Assembly (NCBI GenBank): GCA_002633005.1 | Contig: NMRA01000301.1 | Span: 476,382 to 540,381, forward strand | DNA length: 64,000 nucleotides | Reading direction: 5' to 3' | From: Phoronis australis | Lineage: Eukaryota > Animalia > Phoronida | Shown here: positions 52,201 to 61,200 of the stretch, piece after piece | Layout: the number at the start of each line of letters is the position of its first letter | Numbering within the stretch: position 1 is the stretch's first letter | Notes under the pieces: model-generated | What the model was told of the DNA's origin: nothing | Database searches by the model: none | The model's input: the letters and a program-made list of their open reading frames with translations, nothing else | Made by a program: the position numbers and the translations under genes

Positions 52201-55200
52201 GCGGCAAGGCTCATAGTCTAGAAATTCCACGCTCAATGATTTTTTCAGGTCTGTAAGGCATTTTTAGCATGTATACTTGTTCATGGGCTGGTCGCTTATC
52301 TTAGGGAAGTCTGAAAACACGTGGGGGCGCTTATAGGGGCATGGGCGCTTACTAGGGCGAATATGGTATGTTGTACCCCTGGATCTTGACAAAGTTGTCG
52401 TCTACGTACCCACACCAACCAAAATTGTACAGAGGTAGTGGATATGAATTACCAGCTATTTACCAGCACCTCCTTGCATAAAACAGCCATCGGGATTAGG
52501 TGGTGTTTGACAATCACAAAGGACTACCCACTGGTGACCATGTAACACAAAGGTTCCCTGTAGTAACCCTGGGAAGGACCCAATACAGGCTCGAAAGCCA
52601 GGTACGCTAACACAAACAGATTGCTGATAAGTAACTTCACTGTATCCGCACTTTAAGGATGATTTTAAAAGTTGCTATTTAGGTTCCTAACTGGCAAGGG
52701 GACATCTGGCGATGATCTTTGGAAGGCTCAACATGCTGTGGTACCTCCTAGTGGCAGTTTTGTTTTTTACTTCCATGGCATTATTTCCTAAACCCTTTTG
52801 CATGATCTTTGTTACATTTAGCGAGTCTGTAAGAAAGTGACAACAACTGAAGACGACTTTCAGACGGATCCAACTACCGCTGTGACCCCTAATCACAATT
52901 TTATTTTTTCCTGTTTTTCTCAGTATCTTTGGAATTCTTTCACCTATTTTAATGCACCTAATTTATATATTGCCGTCATCTCTGTCTGGTCGCCCGGGGT
53001 CCCCTGCAGGATCTTAATGAGATTTAGCAGAAGTGTTTCTATGAATCTGATGGCAGAGGATGACAAATTTAGAACAGATCCAACAACCGCGGTGCACCCT
53101 AGTGGCAATTTTAGTTTCTTTGTATCTCAATGGAGTTTTTCAATGAATTTTCATGAAATTTCGCAAATAGGTTTTTATTAAAGAAAAGACACAACTTTGC
53201 TAATTGTGTACCACCTGGTGGTCATTTTTTAAATTTTTGAGTCTGTTTTTTGATGTCCAACTTTTTATCAGCCAAACTGCGTGAAGGATAATTATGAAAC
53301 TTGGCAGGTGTGTTCCTGGTGAGAAGACCGCAGCCCACGTTGATTTGCAGACAGGAGGGAGAGAGGGAAGGGAAGGGAAGCTAATAACAGAAACAAGTAC
53401 TTGTACAGTAAAATAAATACATTGCAAAATTATTTAAAAACGTGCTAAAAATCTGTTTTACAATTTGTACTGGGGGACTATGGATAGAGGGGAAACCACG
53501 CGGTTAAGAAAGACAGGTGATCAGGGTTACTTCAAACAGAACATGCATAACAATATGAAAGGTTGCACTGAGACCTGTACAGCTGCAAGTGCTTAATGTG
53601 TAATTTCTTAAATAGATGGAGAACCCATGTACATGTAGGCTGTGGGTTGATTTTATCTCCTACATATTTTGGAAGGATACAGTTGCTCAAGCTTGGTTAA
53701 ATATGTCAACAAGAAGACGTGTTTTGATTTCCCCAGCAAAATTGGTTCTGTGTGTCAGTGTGAAAAAAACCCCGAAGAATTGTTAACATTTCTCAAAGCT
53801 TTTTTCTACAAAAGTTTCAATCTCGTACAATTACTGAACCCCCATAGCGTTATACAGTACCAACATGTAGATTTGAATTTACCTAAACATCATTCAACAA
53901 AGAATGGACTCACCGGAGACAGCCCAAGAGTTGTTATCTCTGCGGCGAAGGATGTTAAAGTTGAGTCTCCGATGAGTTGCCAGCAGTCACTGGTACGGTG
54001 CGCGGCTTTAGACGCTCTGCGGCTGGGTTAAAGATCTTTTATAGGCCTAACTATCCCCAATTCCCGTACCAGGATGAATTTCAAAAAATAACTTGACTTG
54101 GCTGCATCAGATGTGATATGCGACGTTGATGTTTTTTATGTTGATTTCCTTTGTTGGTTTATAATTCATATATTGCAATGCAGGCATCCAGGGGAGGCTT
54201 GTTATTTCAGATGGGAATATAAGAGGCGTTTCTGTACAATCTTTAATTAGTTTCCAATCGTTGGTCTTGGCCAGGAAGTGGGCCTGTTCTTTGAATTTCG
54301 GCTCTGTTCTGTTATTGTCGAAGTACAAACCGTTCTTTGACTTAAATCTGATTGCTGTTTCAGTTATAGGCTTTGGAGGGTGTTGAACTACTACATTGAT
54401 AGCATCAAATATTATTGCTAGGACTTGGTCATGTCGCCAAGTGTAGCGACCGTTATTTAATGCTACTGTGCAATTGTTGAGGATGTGGTGAAGAGTGCCT
54501 TTAGCTGTTCTGCAGAGGTTGCAACGTTCAGAAGGCGATTGTTTCCATAAATGTAAATTTGCTGGTGTTGGAAGTACGTCGTGTATGGCATTTAACCTAA
54601 ATGCCAAGAGAGATGGATTCCATGCATAAAGACTCTTGCTCCAGGATACATCAAGTGACATAACTACATCCCATCTGAGCCATAACCCTTGTTTGGCACA
54701 GCTATACAGATATAAGAGTGCTTTGTTTTCGTCGACTTCCTTTATACGTTTCGTTATAGATGCTCTATGTTCNNNNNNNNNNNNNNNNNNNNNNNNNNNN
54801 NNNNNNNNNNNNNNNNNNNNNNNNNNNNNNNNNNNNNNNNNNNNNNNNNNNNNNNNNNNNNNNNNNNNNNNNNNNNNNNNNNNNNNNNNNNNNNNNNNNN
54901 NNNNNNNNNNNNNNNNNNNNNNNNNNNNNNNNNNNNNNNNNNNNNNNNNNNNNNNNNNNNNNNNNNNNNNNNNNNNNNNNNNNNNNNNNNNNNNNNNNNN
55001 NNNNNNNNNNNNNNNNNNNNNNNNNNNNNNNNNNNNNNNNNNNNNNNNNNNNNNNNNNNNNNNNNNNNNNNNNNNNNNNNNNNNNNNNNNNNNNNNNNNN
55101 NNNNNNNNNNNNNNNNNNNNNNNNNNNNNNNNNNNNNNNNNNNNNNNNNNNNNNNNNNNNNNNNNNNNNNNNNNNNNNNNNNNNNNNNNNNNNNNNNNNN

Positions 55201-58200
55201 NNNNNNNNNNNNNNNNNNNNNNNNNNNNNNNNNNNNNNNNNNNNNNNNNNNNNNNNNNNNNNNNNNNNNNNNNNNNNNNNNNNNNNNNNNNNNNNNNNNN
55301 NNNNNNNNNNNNNNNNNNNNNNNNNNNNNNNNNNNNNNNNNNNNNNNNNNNNNNNNNNNNNNNNNNNNNNNNNNNNNNNNNNNNNNNNNNNNNNNNNNNN
55401 NNNNNNNNNNNNNNNNNNNNNNNNNNNNNNNNNNNNNNNNNNNNNNNNNNNNNNNNNNNNNNNNNNNNNNNNNNNNNNNNNNNNNNNNNNNNNNNNNNNN
55501 NNNNNNNNNNNNNNNNNNNNNNNNNNNNNNNNNNNNNNNNNNNNNNNNNNNNNNNNNNNNNNNNNNNNNNNNNNNNNNNNNNNNNNNNNNNGAGTTTGAA
55601 GTTACCTAATAATCACCAAAAAGCTTAGTAAACTTATATTTGTAAAAACAACAGTTTTGGTGACTTTTTTGTAAAACAAGTAATATGGTCCCATCAGTGC
55701 CATTGTATTGAACAATATTACACTCACATTACATGTTTTACTATTGTGGATTAATTGTAAACAGTGAAATTTAAAAAATGTAAAGAGACACCTAGTGGCG
55801 AAAATGCTAACTAAGTCTGAATGTTACTAGGAAGTTATCCTGGCATTGTCTGGCAACAAAAATAACACAGAACACTTGAGACAGGGCAAAATTTGTGCCT
55901 CAATGACGCATTGACTAATGGTGTAAAATACAGCTTGTTTGCATATTACACCAGAAATACATTATAGTACAAAAACAATATAGTTGAATGATCTCTGTGA
56001 ATGTGCACACAGACTGTATGAAAATAATAGATTATTTTGACAGCGTTTATTAAGCAGTATGAGACAAATACATGACAATGATCAAAGTATGTACTTTCTA
56101 TGACTTAATCAACAAATAAAATTAACTAGTGAATGTGCACACAGACTGTATGAAAATAATAGATTATTCTGACAGCGTTTATCAAGCAGTATGAGACAAA
56201 TACACGACAATGATCAAAGTATGTACTTTCTATGACTTAATCAACAAATAAAATTGACTTTTTAATACAAAAAAACGAAATAACAGGGTTAGAGGTCTAT
56301 TTAGGCTTGACTTGTCACTATCCAATGTTATGCAGTCAGTGTTGCTGATGTTACTACAGTTGTCACAGCTGCACATTTCTGTACAGTTTGACCCAGCATT
56401 GCAGCACTAACTCAGTTTCCCAGCACACATGTTCTTTTTGCACTTGCAGCATTCATTGTTTAGTACTGTCAGTGGAGATGCGGGCATTGCCATACATTTA
56501 ACTGGAAAGCTCCACTGCCAAGGAGCCAACTATGGTCGATTAGAGAGGGTACAGCACTGCACACTGGTGACTGGCCCGCAGGCAATGAAGGGTCAAACAC
56601 TAAGTCCTTGTTTGGAGGCGGGGAGGATTTGGGCAAACGTTTGATTCAAAATATGTTATAATGGGCTGTGTTAATTAGAGTCAGCAAGTGAATTATTGAA
56701 CACTAGCCTCAATTCACTTTCGTATATCTTAGTCGAGCACAAACTACAATAGTGAGTAGCTTCAACAATATTTCTTAAGATTGCCTGTCCAAATAACTTA
56801 TTGCACACCAGCTTTCTGAAGAACAGCTTCAATGTCTTGCTTTAGTTTGGAAAGGCAAATGACATCTTCATGTGTTAGAAGCTTTGATTCAATGAACTCC
56901 AAACAAAACTGTAGAAAAACATCTATGAAAACTGCGGATTCGTCACTCTTCGCAGTCGTTGTCTTTCTATTTTTTATAGCATGATGATCTGTGGTACTTG
57001 GCTTCTAAGACACAAGGTCTTTATCTTTGAATTTCAATTGCCGTATTCAGGGCTCTGGACTGAGCTGTTGCTTGCGATACAAGTCCAACTGAAAAAAACC
57101 CGAACTGTTAACACTAATTTAACATTCAACTATGAGTGAGTTGGCATGCAACTTTTTCAGATGGACTTATCAGGAACTGATCCACCACCAGCCTAACAAA
57201 TTTACATGCCATCTGATCTGTTGCCTAAAAATGTTGATTATCTAAAAATTGTATTAATTGATGCAACTGAAAATAAATCAGCTGATATACCAGTGCAGTG
57301 ATTGAAATTTAATTTTTTTAAATCAGATGCTCAATCGATTTACACTTAAGGTAATCGACCTTTGACGAAATGGACAGTGGCTTCCATTTTCCTAAAATTA
57401 CGACGACGACGATGGCCACTTAGGCACTTTAATTTAATTATCATTGCAGCTACCTAAGTAATTAATGTTTACAAGAAATTGAGAAGAGGTTCCCCCTATC
57501 CCATGACTATGGCAGGGGATGACGGCCACTTGGGCATGTGGTTTGCAACCATCTACTCTATTTAACCTTCTCAAAAATTTTTAACTTAAAGTGCTTTAAA
57601 ATCACACCCACAGTATAACGCCATATGATTATCCCTGAGTGCAAGCAGTGTCGATGTGGCAACTGAACAATGGCGTGTTTTTGTAAAACAGGAGTATTTG
57701 TTTAAACTGGGAACAAATGAAAACATTAACGACTTCCTCAGAGGCATCTCTCTATGCGGTACTTCTAAACTTATAGGAACATAATTTGCCGAAAAGCATC
57801 CGGCATATGGAGTACCTATGGTATGACCACTGTCTCTACTGGGTCAGCGGTATTGTCTAAGGCCTAGGGCTATGCAGCCAATGGGCTGAACAAGTTAAAA
57901 AAACAACTGGTGATAATAGTGAAACACACATGGAAAATACCAAGATGTACCTTTCAAAAACACGTACCTGTTTTTGAAAGCTATACTTCTTTCTCTTTCT
58001 TGAAATATGGTCCACAATATACATTTCCTGCTAACAAATGATGCACTCATGTTTCAGAATGTTCCTATCTTGAACAGGTTAACTGTTTCAGATTTTGGAA
58101 GTATTACTGATTTTCTTGGGAAATCTTGGATAACATCTGTATCACTTTCAGCAACTTCAGCTTTAGTACTTCTGCTGGTGCCTTGAAACGTTGCTATGCC

Positions 58201-61200
58201 GTTCTATGTCCTTTCAATTTTTTGGTCTGACACTTGGTCTTCTAGTCTACAGCACTCTGTGTAGGCTATACCAGGACATCCAGCTGTTTTCTGCACAAAT
58301 GTTTGTGACACCTCTTCTTCTTTTTGATCTGCTGATCTACAGAGTTCCACAGTCCATCAGCATTCGTCCTGTGTGGATGAACCTTTTATCTTCTTTTCTA
58401 GTTAACTTTCAAATCTTAAAGGCGAAGGCAACCTTTTTCCATGTCATTTTGAGCTAAAATAAAATTGGTTGGTTATCCTAGACATATTTTCCACTTAATT
58501 ACAGCTTTTCTTAATTTTATTAATTACCCGTCCGCTACTGCGGAAGTGACGTTTTAGGAGGCAAGCATTTCGCGCCAATTTCTTTTCATATAGTCTGACT
58601 GTGAGAGCTGCCGAGTCAGTCATTGTTCTACCTCGGTTGTGTTAAGTTCCATCGTCGTTTGCTTTCATTTACTAGTCAGTCAACATGCCACACTGTTACT
58701 GCGTACCGAAATGTACTAATTATCGGCTCACGCGCGCTTTGGGAGTACCTTTGCATCGCTTTCCGATGGATGACACACTTCGCCGTACTTGACTTGTTCG
58801 TGTGAAGAACGCAGCGTTACCCGTCCCCGCAACGTACAAAGCAGTGGAGAATTACCGTGTGTGTGGCAAGCACTTTCTGTCCTCCGGTACGCTGAACTGA
58901 TGAAGGTCCCTGCGAAACAACGCCTGAAGAAGGATGCCATTCCGTCTGTGTTGATTCCCGGCAGTGCCCCGTCGCCACCCCCGAGAAGTGCGTTTTTGAA
59001 GCGAGAAGCCTCGCGAGCTGTGGCCAGTACAGTGACTGGAGCCAGTGGAGGCCACTTCATCTACTGTCACCCGTGCCTCCGAACGTATCCCAGAGCGTGC
59101 AATTCCTGGAACCAGTTGTGATTCGCCCTGTGCTGTTTTCTTCAGTCCAGAGCCTCTAAGCAGCCCTGCAGCGATATTGAGTAGTGAGAGTGAGTACAGG
59201 CCCAGTTCGACACACAGTGAAGAGGACAGTTCGTCGTTCAGTGAACAGATCGGTGAGCCACACTTTGATAAGTTTATTGTGGACTTGTTTATTAGAAGAT
59301 GCCAGGTGTGGGGCGAGGGAGTCACACGACACGATGTAAGCAGTTTGGGTGCTCAGGTCACCATCCAGTGGGAGTGTGTCGCGGGACACTCTGGCAAGTG
59401 GGACAGTTGTTCCTCTGTCCGTGGTATGCCGGAGGTCCACTTAACCATGTCCAGTAGTGGCTTGGCCTCGTCGAACTCTGAACAGCACAAGCATTGAAGG
59501 CATAACAACGCACACAGTGCATTTGCACCAAGATGTGTCACCACGTCTGTCCTCAGTAGCCGCCTCGTTTCTCTCAACAGCTGCCTGTGCCAGTGCGTAC
59601 TCTGCCTCGTTATACTCGGGCTCAAACATGTACCCACCCACTGAGTGTCCGTGACAAAATTCCTCGTCACCACTGCTGTGAACAAGGTCTCCGTCACTCA
59701 CACTACTGTCACTGTGATACGGGTCACCGACTCCAGCCATTTTCAGCTTACAACACCCTAAACAATCCCTAAATCCAACGTAGTTGAGTTCTCTACCAAC
59801 CTATCTTGCCGCAGAATACTCGCCGATAGAAAGTGGTGGCGACAATTGTTGAAANGTATGTATAGCCTCTTTTTCTGTCATTATATGTCGTCTTGAAATA
59901 TCTGAAGGCTGTGTCTTCATCGAACTCTGGGGTTCCAATTTTAGATTTTTCTTCAAATAAGCTGTGTATATATCTGTACGGATTATCTCTGAATTGTTTT
60001 GCCGACGTCTGTTTTTGCTTCGAGGATTGTACATCATCAGGAATGTTTGTTTGGGAAAATAGTATTTCAGTATCAACAGAACATCCACAGTTTTGGCAAT
60101 TTTGTTTGAAATTTCCTGAACATGCTTGTTCCAGGAAAGATGACTAAGCTAGAGCTTAGGGTCTATACATACTACGGTCTCCACCTCATAATCGCAGAGC
60201 GTTTCCGTGTTCTGGCACAGTGTACAGTGTGAGTGCATGAATGATAGAAACAGTTCAGCTTGATTGCTCTCTGGCAAAAACTTCACCAATAACAACAGCA
60301 CCAAAGTAAATTGAATGAGACAAAAACACCGAATGTACAAAATATGACAAAAGTAATTACAAGAACAGATAAGTACACAAAATGATATATTCACAACTAT
60401 CAAACCTGCGATACCATAAAACCTTTGATTATTGGCCTGTTGACACAAACAACAATACCAGGAAAGCTTACTATATAAATACAATGAACGAGCCTAATAA
60501 AAGCAAAACTGTATCAAATTACACTGGTCAAAATACAAACAAATTCAGATGCAATAGAAACAATTAGTATGAAAAGTTCAAAGTCACGGGAAAGTGCCCA
60601 AACCACAAAGAAAATACATCAAATGAACTTGGGTGCAAAGAACAAAAACTGGAAGACACGAAAATGCAGTCTACATACCAAAAAAACAAATACAGTTAAT
60701 AGTGTTTACTCAAATCATGAAAACCCCATTACATAATATACAAAATCAGCTCACAAGCAACACACCTGCACCACCCTGCGCAGATCATGAGTAATGAATG
60801 CCAAGACTATGGTGGTAAAGTGCATTTATGTGCAATGGAGGGGGGGGGAGAACTTTCAGCCAAGCAATACCATATGTAGCCAACGTGAATGATTGCGTAT
60901 GCAGTTACACGTCTCTTTTTTAAACATAAATTAAGAGAAACGAAGCTAGTAAAACTTGGACAACAATATCTGTGGTTGTAAGATTCTGCTTATTGGTGTC
61001 TTCCTGAAGCCTTGTTTCAACTGGAGATGGAAATTTTTATTTGTGGCGATGATGGGAGGGGATAGTAACTCGGCTTGACCATGCTTGACACCTCAAATTT
61101 CTTATAGCTTAAGGCCCATTTGTTACAATTTTCCCTATTCTCTTTGACTAATTGGTACTACTTTTCAAGTATCCCTTTCTTTTGATTTTTACAGAAAGAC

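Noticed and set aside
58790-58792. In-frame TGA in the THAP domain as possible selenocysteine or readthrough
   Set aside because: It replaces the conserved THAP Trp; the 27.9-kb copy has TGG, so this is ordinary decay.
1265-61194. Mutually exclusive duplicate KYAT exons or a nested host gene in the large introns
   Set aside because: None found by eye; every recognisable coding fragment belongs to a transposon. Short exons could have been missed.
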